Below are positions 50,166 to 62,592 of a DNA stretch of 64,000 bases, one piece after another (position 1 is the first letter of the stretch; each line of letters starts with the position of its first letter). The DNA comes from Camelus ferus. Taxonomy: Eukaryota. The notes beneath the pieces are model-generated. The model ran no database searches and was not told the DNA's origin. It saw only the letters and a program-made list of their open reading frames with translations. The position numbers and the translations under genes were made by a program. The stretch covers positions 75,766,001 through 75,830,000 of the forward strand of contig NC_045696.1 in assembly GCF_009834535.1 (NCBI RefSeq), given 5' to 3'.

Positions 50166-50759
50166 TGACAAGGGACTGCAAGAGGGCAGATGAAGTCCCC
50201 TCATGAAGCAGGCATTGTCTTGCAAACCACTCTGGTATATGTGATAAGCCCTCAAGCTCAAGTTTATACAGAGATTATTTGTCTTACTAACTTTGAAATC
50301 TTTAGCAAAATACTTAATTTGCCAGTCTCTTCCTTTATAAAATGGTACCCATTTTGTTGAGAAGATTAAATGAGCTAATACTCAGTGCTTGGCTCCACAC
50401 CAGGTGCAAAATAAATAATCAAATCACATTAGCTATCATTAAAATCTATGGACTGAATTTTAAAATGCCTCTCAGACAGAAATGTCTTACTGTTTTACAA
50501 ATGTCTTCAGTTGCAGTTGTGCTTAGTCAAATACAATGTCAACTAAAAACATTACTAAATTAATGTATTCAGCAAGGAAATGTTAAACAACTACCACTTA
50601 CTAGGTATTATTATTCACTAATTCATTTATTTTTGCCATTTATTTTTCTTAAATCAACTGATCCTGCATGAAAATCCATTGTCATATAAAAGCCCACAGT
50701 GATTTATGACACTACAAGTTGTCTTTGAGTAACAATGACATGTAATGAGAGGAAGATAA

Positions 50760-51090
50760 TTGGCGCCTAAGTGGGGGTAGGGAAAGTGAGACAAATGGAG
50801 ATATTTGAAAATGAGTTGGAAAAGAGAAGCTATCAGGTAATTATTGCTACTTTTAAAGTTGTGTATTATAGTTATATTGGACAATGTTCTTATTCTTAGA
50901 GGTTTTGTGCTGAAATATTTAAGAATAAAGTGTCACAATGTCTGCAAATTACTTTCCAATGGTTCATAAAGGTAAAGAGAATGTGGGAAAATACTAATAG
51001 TTTTTGATTCTAGGTGTGGAGTTATAAAAGTGATCATTGTATTATTCTTTTATCACCTTTATAGATGAAGATTTTCTTAATAAAATTTTT
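50760..51090 (+). mobile_element. L1ME-type 3' end
   Basis: ttcttagaggttttgtgctgaaatatttaag...aatgtctgcaaattactttccaatggttca...tgattctaggtgtggag. Confidence 0.7.
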
Positions 51091-54000
51091 GGGGGTGGGA
51101 AGAGACAAAAACATGATCTGCATACATTAAAAAAAATTCTCTTGGCCATAAAAAAATCTATTCCAAGTTATTCATTTCAGAAGAGAAACTGGGGGCTGAC
51201 TGGTTAGTGATCTACCCAAATAACCAGACAAGATCACACCCTGATCACTTTCCAGCAGAGAATATGGTGGTGCTCAGCTCTCTACCCTGCTCTTGTACCC
51301 TGGTCAACATTTCAGATGTGGTGCCTTCAATCACAAAGGAGAAGAAGCAGGAAAATGCAAATGGATCAGTGTGAATCCATTCCCACTAATGGAGAAACAA
51401 GTAAGTCTCTTCCTGTGATGGGAGGGCAGTGGTGTCGTCCTCTTCTAATATAAAGGCCAGTAGGATTTTCTTCACCAGAGACTGGCTGTTGAGCGCTAAA
51501 TGTAAGTGAATTTCAGCGGGAGACGTGTCCAAATATTCCAACATTGTCAACACTAAAATTAATAAAATATATTCATTTTATACTATCATGCAGCAAAATA
51601 GCCAAATAAAATTTTAATTAATATCACAGGTCAAGGAATAAGTGTGTATGGTTGAAACCTAAATGACTACTGCCATTACATTTCTAGAAGATATTCAAGG
51701 CATTCCCAAGCAGTTATAGAAGATGTTTACAACCTTTTATAAGTATAATTATAGAAAAGCTTCAGTCATCTATAACTCAGCTAGAAAGAACTTCCAGTAA
51801 GCCACCTGGGGATAATGGGCACACTCAATCTCTAGCAGGGTGGAAAGGCAAATTATAACCCTCATACTTAGTATAAGCAAGTGTAGTGCCATGAGGTTAG
51901 CATACATTTTATGTAATCTCCAACAACTTTAAGTCTAAAGGTCAATATTTTTCAGATACCCAGACAACTTTACAATGTTGCACATCTTTTACGTTGCCTC
52001 CACTCAGCACAACAGTTGTAGCTTGGCCTGTTTCCCCATTCCTTTCATTTCCAGGGTCTGTGTAGTTTGGAAAGGGAAACTTGGATCTAAGCTATTGGAT
52101 ACAGTTATCACCCTGCAGAAATTCAAGTCTCTAAATCATCAAAGATACAGACATAGGTTCTATATTTTGTGCAATAAGCAGCAGAGAAAACCAACACGTT
52201 GTGTCTTACCATGTACAAGGAAAGAGCACACAGCTCCATGCTAGTCAGGGCTTTGGCTCTTTGCTTAGAAAAAGGCCAATGAGATTCTCAGGAACAATCT
52301 GGTGACTTGCAAATTCAATTAACCAATACACACTATCTCCTCTCTGAACTAAAGACTTCAGCTACTTGAAACTCTAGGGTACCATTTTTAAGAGATATAG
52401 ATATTAATATTGATTTTTATATCAATACCTCTTAAAAAGAATACTCATACATCTACATGTTTATATATATATACACACATACATACATATATTTCCAGCA
52501 TTTCCAAATACATCCATATTTTTGCCTCTGGGTGGCAACAAGAAAAAAATGCCTTATCTGTGTTCTGTAGTAAACTGTGTCCCCCTTGCTACAATGCTCA
52601 TGCAATGGCTTCATGATGTAGACAGAGCTCTCCTGGGTTTGGGTTCTTGTGTTAAGTGTTGGTGCATTTGAAAATAATCACATATCCAGAATCTTGCTTA
52701 AATGGCAAAACAGAAGATGCTTCTTTGATTCTCTTCTTTATTGATTAATCAGTGGCATTTCAGTGAGATAGATTTTTTTCCTCCTGAAGGACTTTAATTT
52801 TACATGATGTAAATTTGCCTCCCAAACAATTCACATAAAGATATAAAAGAACTCTCTCATTTTTGTCTCAAATTGGTTACTATTTTAAGATATTTTACAC
52901 TGAAGAAATAAAAACTAAGCTTTCAAATATAGTTCATGAAAAATGTGTCTATGTAGTGATATGATTAAAGTCAAACACATCATATGCCATTTCCTGTTTT
53001 ATTGAACAAAATGAAAAAAGGCTTCCACTTCTAATCACCTACTATAGAATACCTATTACACAGAAATGTGGGAGAAGTGGCATGTTTTCTGCAAAGAGCT
53101 CTGTGCTGAACGTGGGTATTTTGGCTAGCAGTACAATCCTGCGTAACACAGCATTCTGCAATGTGTCAGCAGTTCAAAGCGATGTTCTATTCTCTGGATC
53201 ACTTATCCATTATTACTTCAGACAATGAGTATCTGATACAAAATAAAACTGATGGATGCTGAGTGAACCGGTGAGTTGTGTTCTGAGTAAGAACAAATGG
53301 GAAAGACACCGTGGTTCATTGCCTGATGAAATTACTTTTGGGTATTTAAATACATCTTACATTATGTTATGCATGGACTGTTGATGTGAACTCTGGAAAT
53401 CAGTCCTGGAATATTAACCGTTTCTACCCCATGAAAATATTATTTAAATCTCCTAAGTTGCATGTTGGAAACAATTATTAAATACAGTTCCTTATATTTG
53501 TACTTGAGGCATCAATACTTTAGAGGCATTATTTTTAAATCCATCTGGCACTCTGTGATACCATTTTTCTTTCTCTCCTCCCTCTTTTTTAAATAAAAAA
53601 GGCAAATAGAACAAGGGTGGAAAGAGCAGATATGTCTTCCAAGATATTGTATAATAAACATTCCTGTTTGAATTTGAAACAGTGAATTTAGGACAGGAAA
53701 ATGAGTCATCGTTTCTTGGAAAAACAAATTTTCGTCGACCTATGCTCTTCTTGGCATTTGGTTACATAGAAATGAACCTGTCTCCTGCAGTTTAAACCAT
53801 GCAGCAACTGACTTGGCATGGCATTCCTGTTCATAACCCCATGTTGTCAAGTTTGTGACGTCCTCTGTAATACTCTCCCATCTGTCCAAAATCAGGTTTG
53901 ATAATTTCACTTCTCTGCTATAAAATTCTCACATCCCCTACCTAAGCCATTCCTTCACAATGAAGACCCAGCTTTGTGGTTTTATACCCGAGGTCTACCA

Positions 54001-54120
54001 TTATGGAGCTCTGTATGAAGACTTCGTCTCTAAGGAAAAAGTAACTGGCATCTAGGTCAGCTCTGGATATTAGAAATTAGGTTTTAATCAGAACAGTATT
54101 CTAAGCAGGGTTGGGACTTA

Positions 54121-54220
54121 AAAAAAAACTGCTTAGCTTTAACAGAGATACTGGGGACTGAACCCAGGACTTCATGCAAGCTGAGCAGGCAGTCTACCAC
54201 TGAGCTGTACCCTCCCCTCA
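54121..54220 (-). mobile_element. Camelid tRNA-derived SINE (Vic-1-like)
   Basis: Minus strand gaggggagggtacagctcagtggtagactgcctgctcagcttgcatgaagtcctgggttcagtccccagtatctc (A and B boxes); direct repeat ggactta at 54114-54120 and 54221-54227. Confidence 0.85.
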
Positions 54221-57200
54221 GGACTTATTTTAAACAGTGAAAAAGGTGTCCGGGGCGGGGGAGGGGGGGTAGCATTTTGGTGAATAATTGATGGCAGTAA
54301 AAGCTGGATTTTGGGAGACTATTGGGAGACTTTACCTAATAAACTATCAGGTCCTTTCCAAGAATTCTCATATTCTTAGAAGAACAGGGTAGGGGAACAA
54401 GTTTCCTTTGAAATATGCCCCAAGCTGTAAAACACAAAATAAAATTCCTCTGAACTACATTCATTTGTTACGACTTACTCTCTCACGAAGGTATGGGTCA
54501 CCTTTGAAACTCATTTTGGTGTCAGACTCCAGAGGCATCATCTGTAAAATCTGCAAACACATATTTCAATAACCTCTCATATTTAGGATACTAGTCCCCT
54601 GAAACTTATTCTGAAAGAACAGATAAGTTCTTAAAATTATTTTTTTTTCAGAAATAAAAGGACAAATTTGCATCTTTCATTCACTCAGTGAATGTTCTAA
54701 AGGGAAAAATATACTAAAATTTTCAACAAAAATATTAATAACAAAGACCACAATGAATAAAACGACTAATTAGAGCACTCTAAGAGGTCACTTAAGTTTG
54801 GGAATTAGCCTGACAAGGGAATCAATATGTGATGAATGTATTTCTACTTGCCAATTCAAAATAAATTTCCTCAAACAGATTGAAATTCTCAAGTGTCAGA
54901 TTTGTTAAGTACATTCATCTCAGGAAATAAATTATAATTAAACTATTATTAAATGTCCAGCTTGTCTAGTTTTCTATTTACAATGAAATATTTTGCTTCT
55001 AACAAAGAAAGGCTAGAGAAGATTTGATAAACTTGTGTTTCAGGGATTTAAATGTGCTGTAGCTGAATTTCATATGATTCATCTACCAAGATCCAAGCTT
55101 CATACTTCTTGGTTATGGAAAATGAAGACTTGGGTGTTGAATAGAAAAGGAGGCATTTTTTCCAAGCCTTAGTCTGTTTTGGCAGAGAGATCCTGAGGCA
55201 AAGAGACATACCAGTGAATTGAGGCCCTGAGAGAAAGAGGGAAGGCAGAAGAAACCCCACCAATGGGTGACCTGAAGAGGAGAGATTTATGGAGAATACA
55301 TTAGGAAGTCATTCCTAGTGATATGCATGTAGAAATCCTTCTGCAACAACTCAGATCTTTAGTAAAATTCTCATGTTTGGTGTGACTGCATTGGTGGAAG
55401 ACGGTGAAGATGATATGGAGATACAAATTGGTTGGGAAGGAAGACTTGGCATCACATGATTTATCCCCCATCTCTTTAATTCACCAAAGGCTATTTGTGT
55501 TCAGGAAACTATGTATTTCATTTCTATCGCTATAGTCCTTTATATCATGCCTAGTCTATAGAAGATGTTCAATAAATATTAGTTGAATTGAACTAATTAT
55601 ATAAATAAATATGTAAGGGAGACATCCTGTAGGCTGTTTTTATTTTCTATTTTTGCTGAATGGGAGGTTCCTACTAACAGACATCAAGGAATGCCTGTAT
55701 GTAGTAAATTTGAATGGTGTCAGCTAAAATATGCAGTGAATATATCTTTCCCAGCTCCAATTTCCTGTCAGCTTTTAAAAACAGACAGATTGTCTTTCTC
55801 GTTCAGGAGAAGTAGGAGGAGGCGGGGAACAGACTTCACCCTGTCTGAACTGTTCACCTTGTTGGATTTGAGAACCACGGAATGGCTCAAGAGATGCCAC
55901 AAGAATCAGTGTTGATTCTGCCTGGTTGCTATAAAAGAAAAACAATTTTTTTTTTCTGAGCTCTCTTCCCAAGTGTGAGGTCTAACATCTGGCACTAGCT
56001 AACCTGCAAAAAGATAATAAAATGTGTTTGGGGACTTGCAGGCCCAGAGATGAGGATAATTTGTAGACCCAATTTCTAATAGTACAGGGGGAAATGCTTT
56101 CATCTGAATCGCTGATGTGATCAAATAAAAATGAGTGAATACTCGCCAATTGCTAAAGCAATTTATCTCTCCAAATGTATTCGAAATGTTAATTTTATCA
56201 GGGTGCAAGCTGCTAAAATGCAGCTAGTAGATCATTAAATTTCAATAGGGAATAGACTTCATCTTTAACATAAACAGTCAAGTCATTTTGGCTGCCTGCA
56301 ACTTGTGCCACATTTAGCAAGCCTTCTGCGTAACCATAGGAACGGTTTTGCTTAAGCACTGTTGCTTGTGTAAATCCAATTCATTCTGAATTAGCTGAAA
56401 AAAGGGGAGGGTTGCGTGATTTGTTTCTGTCCATTGCTTCCCAAGTTGCCTCTTAGAAAATGTGAAGAGAAAATTAAAAATAAGTTTTTTTTTCTTTCCT
56501 CTTTTTGGAGGATGGGATAGGAATGAGATTGGGAGGCAGGATTCTTTTCTTCTGACAACATCGGCATGATGGAGAATAAAAAATAATGGTTTTCTACGGC
56601 TCAGAATTTTTGCTGCTTAATTAGGCATTTTCCCCATTTGAAATATTTCCTATGCTTATCATTTTCTTAGGTTAGAGTAATCGTTCTTAATACAAGTGGC
56701 TTAGGGACACACTTTCCCTGGATATAATTTTACACATGGCACAAAATCCCAACAAATTTGTCTACGTTAAGAAACTCCTTTTTGTTCTGGGAGACTGGAA
56801 GAGCTATCAGTCATACGCACCATACAGTGAATTAGATTAATCATATTATTTTCCTTTCAACACCTACATTAAAGCAGCTAGTTGTGGGGGGAGGCTATTG
56901 AGAGAAGAGGTTATTTTCCCACGTGGGGAGCTGAAGAAAAAGCAAGTTTGGAAGGGCTAATCCAGAGCGGGTGCTTAGGGCAGTCAGAGAGAGGTGGGAC
57001 GACACTGATTTTTTCCAGAGAAAAGAGAGTGCTCTGCTCCGTGCCTCCTCTTGCCTGCAAAACTCTTCCAACATTTTTAACCCATGGATATCCCTCTTAT
57101 CTCTCCGGCCCAGTTCACATTTCATTGGCTTCAAGATAGTTTCTCTAGCCCCTACTTCTCAATAATAATTGCTGGTTCTTTTACTACCTTACTGTGTATC

Positions 57201-57587
57201 ACAGATACTCCTGGGCTAATAATATACCTGCTCTCCTTCCTTTGTTCCAAGTGACTGTTTAGCTTTCCATCTCCCACATCATGATGTAAGCCCCTTGCTG
57301 GTAGAAAAAGTTTCTTCCTATTTTTTTAATCCTCCAAAGTCTGGGGCTTTAGACTTAGGAACTCCAAAGCAAATGTTTTTGACTAGTAATGGAAGGAAAG
57401 ACTAAAAGTCAGCAGGGATACCGAGGGCAGGCAGAGCTTGTTGCCCAGTTTCATGGAACTCGGGGGTGGGAGGTGGTGTTATGGACGGCGGTTTTGGAGA
57501 TTTGGAGCAAAAAAGGGAAAAGGAAAGGGTAAGTTACTGAATTCATAAAATATGCCAGGTATTATAAAGCAACCCTAAGAGGACCCC

Positions 57588-58062
57588 TGGGGTAGGCAGA
57601 AAAACAGCCCCCCAAACAGATCCACGTCCTAATGCCTGGAACCTGTAAACGTCACCTCATTTGGAAATAGGGTCTTTGGAGGTTTGACCAAATTAAAGAT
57701 TTTGAGATGACGAGGTTATTCTAGATCATCTGGGTGGTCCTAAAGACAACCTCGTTTGTCTTTATAAGAGAGAAGATGGAGATTATACAGACAAGAAAAC
57801 GATATGAAGATAGACACAGACATTAGTGATGTGGCCACAAGCACTGAAACGCGACAGCCACAAGAAGCTGGAAGAGGCAAGGAACAATTCTGTCATAGCA
57901 TCCCAGAGAGCATGTGGTGCTGTCAACATCTTGATTTCAGGCCAGAAATACTGATTTGGGGCTTCTGGCCTCCAAAACTGTGAGAGAATAAATTTCTTGA
58001 TGTTTTTTTAAAGCCACCAAGTTTGTAGTAATTTGTTACCACAGTCCCAGGAAACTAAGTCA
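57588..58062 (+). mobile_element. MaLR solo LTR, MLT1C/D-like, apparently inserted in a MIR
   Basis: tggggtaggcagaaaaacagcccccc...ggaaatagggtctttg...gaagctggaagaggcaaggaa...cttctggcctccaaaactgtgagagaataaatttc...ggaaactaagtca. Confidence 0.9.
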
Positions 58063-58529
58063 ACACTTAATAGTATCACCATTTACTAAGGAAGAAAAAA
58101 AAGATCGAAGCTAAGAAAGGGCTATCAATTTAGCCACATTCATATGGATAATTACCAGCTGGGAATCAACCCTAATCTGGCCAACTTCAAAGCTGCTTAG
58201 ATAGTTTTTCTTATGCCAAATTCTGTTTTACTGAATCAATGTTGACATTGTTCTATGGACTGAGGCACTGTAACTGCATTGTCTCCTGTAGCAAAATAGA
58301 AATAGAAATTTCAATTAGTTAACTAACTAATTTAGGTAGACCTCTCTCATAATTACACCCCAAAGTAGGAAACTACATGCATAATCTTTTTTGAAATTTT
58401 AATTACAGATGTCCAGCCAATGATTTTGCCTGTTCTGCCTCCCTCTGTCCATAGTCCTTTATAAATATTAAATGAGAAATAGCAGGCTTCTTTTAGCTTG
58501 TGTTGAAAGAAGGCTTGTTTATCTATTAA

Positions 58530-59110
58530 GCATTTATCAACAAATATCTACTAAGACCGTGTTATGTGCCAGAATCTGTTTATATGTTTAAATGTACTAC
58601 TTAACTAATAAGCCAGAAATTCCTACACTTCTGGGACTTATATTTTAGGACGGAATAGAAAAGATAAAGCAACACAAACAACTGAAAACGAGAAATATGT
58701 AATACATTTAATGTAAAATTTTGAAAAGTACTAAGGAGAAAAATAAGGCCAAGGGAAATGAGAAATGGTAGGAGTCAAGGAAGAGGATGGTTGTGTAAAA
58801 CAGCCTAGGAAAGTCTCCCTGAGAAAGGGACAGCTGAGCAAGGCCCTGACGGAGATGAGAGAGCAAGCCACAGGGACATCTTGGGGAGAAACAGTCCAGG
58901 CAGATGGAGGAACGAATTTGGAGATGCGAAGGAGAGAAAGGAAGATCAGAAGGACACAAGATACACACTGTATGGGATCTTGCAAGGCCACTGAAAGGAC
59001 TCTGGGTTTTATTCCGAGTGAGAATGAAAGCCATTGGAGGGTTTTGAGTTGACATGATCTGGTTTACATCTTAAGAGGATCACTCAGAAATCTTGTAAAG
59101 AATAGACTTT
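58530..59110 (-). mobile_element. L2a-like 3' portion
   Basis: catttatcaacaaatatctactaag...tatgtgccag...gggttttattccgagtgagaatgaaagccattggagggttttgag...gacatgatctggtttacat. Confidence 0.85.
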
Positions 59111-60979
59111 ACCAAAGCAAGTAGGCCATTTGGAAAGTCATAAATTGTATGTGGTCATTAAAAAAGGGCAAGTTTTCTGAATTCCTCTTTTTCTTGGAGT
59201 TGTCTCACCACTGAGTCTCTCAGAGACATTGATGATTCCATGTACTACACTCTATTTTACTTTTGCCCTTTTAGATTTTTATAATGAAATTTGAAACACA
59301 AATTACCTACACAGTTAAATGTCTTGCTGCAATATTGAGCTTTCCTATAGGAAGAAAAGGAAAGCAGAGAGAAAGTTAATTTTTTTTTTTAAAAAGCTGG
59401 CCTTTTCCTAATGCCCCAGATTTCCTTCAGCCTAAACCAACAAGAACAGGTCTGACTGCTTCTTTACAGTTCTGACTCCTGTTCACTCTGTCTTTCTGCT
59501 TCATCAAGGACCATTACATAAAATGGACTTGTAATCCCAAATTTCTCTTACATAAATAAAGATAAATTAAAATTTAATTAAATATTAGTATTATTTTAAC
59601 ATGTGGCATGAATTCTTCACGTATGGAAGGTGACAAGGAACAAAGAAGAGTAGAAGAACGACCAAGAGTGTGGGGGAGGGGGAGGAGAGGAGGAGAAGGA
59701 AGTAGATTCAAGATTGCAGAGCAATCTATTTTATATCACTTACCTGTGAATTCAGAAGAACCTAATTATGTGGTTTATATTCCATAAATCCTATCACCTC
59801 TGCTGTTGGCAGCTTCATCAATTGCAGACATAGTACCCTGCAATTTCTAAACAATCTCCCAGATACGTAACAGGCACAATCTATCCAATTTTAGTGACAG
59901 AAATATTTCGGGAGGTTTGGAAACCTAGTTCGGAGACATTTTGAAAATCAAGATGACAGCTTTAAAACATCCTGGGACTTTAAGATCATACCATGTAGTT
60001 TTCTTATTGAGACTTCAGAAACATTCCAGCAGGATTTTATCCCATTTTCCTGTTCTCAATAAGGCAAAATACTACAAGCACCGTTCTTAGGACAGTGCCT
60101 CTCACTTGAGAGGAAAACCCATGAAATTACCACTTAATAGATGAATAGAATAATTAGGAATTCTTCAAAGTCAGTTTAACAGTTTCCCTGTAACCCACGT
60201 CAGTTTATTTTCACATTTGAGAAGGAATTGCTGGCTTTCATCTGTGTCAGATTATGTAAGTTCAGAAATAGTTTTTGAAATAAAGATTCCAAACTGCCCT
60301 TGTAATAAAATAAGGTATTTTGTTTTTTACAAAGAGTCTACGTTTTTAATAATCTGTCACTGTTTATCTTTTAAAATCCCATTTTCCTTCCTGCATTTGG
60401 AACAAAATATTTACCACGTTGGAAATTCTGCATTGCCATTTTCCTTTCATTTTTCCCTGACAGCATTGCTAACACTTCCTTCCACACTGCCTTCATTTTT
60501 CATGAATACTCGCTGTGTTTATCCTAAGAAACCAGGAAACAGACGTGAAAGAACAAATGTTAGGAAAAAAAAAAAAGAGTTGATTCTAGTAACCAGTCCC
60601 GAGTTACTGGCTAATGGCAACAGCACTGGGATTCCCCGGTGGATTCATTAAGTGTTTTTAGCCCTTTTCCTTTTCTATGGAAAAGAGTTGGTTGGCAGGT
60701 AACAGGAAGGTCAAGGTGTCAACACTGAGAGCTTCAGCTTGTGAAACAGACTCCAAATTTTTAAAATAATTGAAAGCTCTTTGATTCTTAAGCTGTACTT
60801 TCATGGATATGAGGGTTTTAATATGAATAATACATCAAAAACATGAAACCTAAAAGCGGGGATGTGTGGAGAGAGTCATTCCTACACGGGGTGAAATACC
60901 TTGGGATAATAGTGAGGAAAATGGCAAAATGTTCGCTATTTTGCTAAACATCGGCACACTGTAAACAACACAGTTCTCA

Positions 60980-61245
60980 CAAAGGTTAAGAGCCCAATCT
61001 CTGGGGGTACATTTCCTGGTTCAAATTCTAGCTGCCAACTTAATAGCTTTGTGATTTTGAGCAAATCATTTAACCTGGCAATGTTTCAAGCTCCTAATCT
61101 GTAAAATGGGAACAATATTGCCCACCTCAACGAGTTATTAAGGCAATTAAATGAGTTACAAGTTATGGAGACTAGTAAATGAGTAAAGATACATAAAGAG
61201 CGGAGAACAATGCCCACACACAGAATTAGCACTCTACACATGAAC
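60980..61245 (+). mobile_element. MIR
   Basis: ggttaagagc...cctggttcaaattctagctgccaacttaatagctttgtgattttgagcaaatcatttaacc...atctgtaaaatggg. Confidence 0.85.
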
Positions 61246-61319
61246 AATTGCTTTTCTTAAGTGTAAGAAAATTTAGTTAAATTTGTGTCTTCTTAGGTAT
61301 TAAAAGATATGATCATTCA

Positions 61320-62592
61320 AAGTTACAAAAGTAACTCAAAAAAGGGAAAAATAGTTTTTCAGCAAATGGTTCTAGAACAATTCAATATTCTTTGGCAAAA
61401 AATGAACTGCCACCTTATAAAAAAATTAACTCAAAATGTATCGTGGACTTAAACGTAAAATCTTACACTATAAAAACACTTTCAGGAAAAAAATAAGAAA
61501 ATCTTCAGGATCAAGAGCTAAACAAAATGTTCAAAGACATGAACCATAAAAGGAAAAACTGATCATTTGAATCACAACAAAATTTAAAATATTTGAATTC
61601 CAAAGACTCTGTTAAGAGAATGAAAAGACAGGCTACCCCCCGGGAAAAAATATTTTCAAATTACATATCTGACAGAGGATTACTAACTAAATATATTAAA
61701 GAACTCTAAAAACTCAGCAGTTAAAAAAAAAAACCAAACAGTCCAATCAGAAAATAGGCAAAAGACATGAATAAACATTTCACCAGAGGCCACGCACAGA
61801 AGCAAAAAGTATATTCAACCACATTAGCCATTAGGGAAATGCAGACTAAAACCCCAATGAGATACCAATAAACACCAATCAGAATGGCTGAAATAAAAAA
61901 GAATGACAGCAATAAATGCAGGTGAAAATGTGAAATGGTACAGTCACCTTGGAAAACATTTTGGCAGTTTTTTATAAAACTAAATGCCCAACCACTATAC
62001 AACTCAACAATTGCTCTCCTGGACATTTTTCCCCTGAGAAAGGAAAACTTACATTCATGTGAAAACCTGTACATGAAGGCTCGTAACAGCATTATTCATA
62101 GTAGCCAAGAGCTGTAAACAATCCAGATGTCCTTCAATGGTGAACACAAACTGTGTCACAGCCACACCACAGAAGATTCCTCAGCAAGAAAAAGGAACAT
62201 GTGATGGATACACACGTCAACTGGGATGAATCTCCAGGAAATCCACTGAGTGAAAAACATCAATATCAAAAAGCTACATAGTGTATGATTCAACACTTTT
62301 GAAATAAAAAAATCTTAGAAATGGAAAAGAAACTAGTGGTTGCCAGGGGTGAGGGACAGGGAGAGAAGAAAAGGCAAATGTGGCTATAAAAGTACAAGGG
62401 AGGAGATCCTTGTGGTGATGGGCTGTTCTATACCCTGACTGTATCAACATAAGATCCTGGTAGTGACACTGGAGTGTGGTTTTACAAGATGTTACTTACC
62501 TTTGGGGGACTTTGGGTAAAGGTGGTACCTCTGCATTATTTCTTATAACTGCATGTGAATTCATAATTACCTCAAAAATTAATTTTAAAAAG
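61320..62592 (+). mobile_element. L1MC-type element: ORF2 3' end and 3'UTR
   Basis: aaaattaactcaaaatg, catatctgacagaggat, cattagccattagggaaatgca, ending tgcattatttcttataactgcatgtgaattcataattacctcaaaaa. Confidence 0.9.

Noticed and set aside
60217..60651. 144-aa ORF
   Set aside because: TTG start, low-complexity F/K content from AT-rich DNA, no recognisable domain or exon structure
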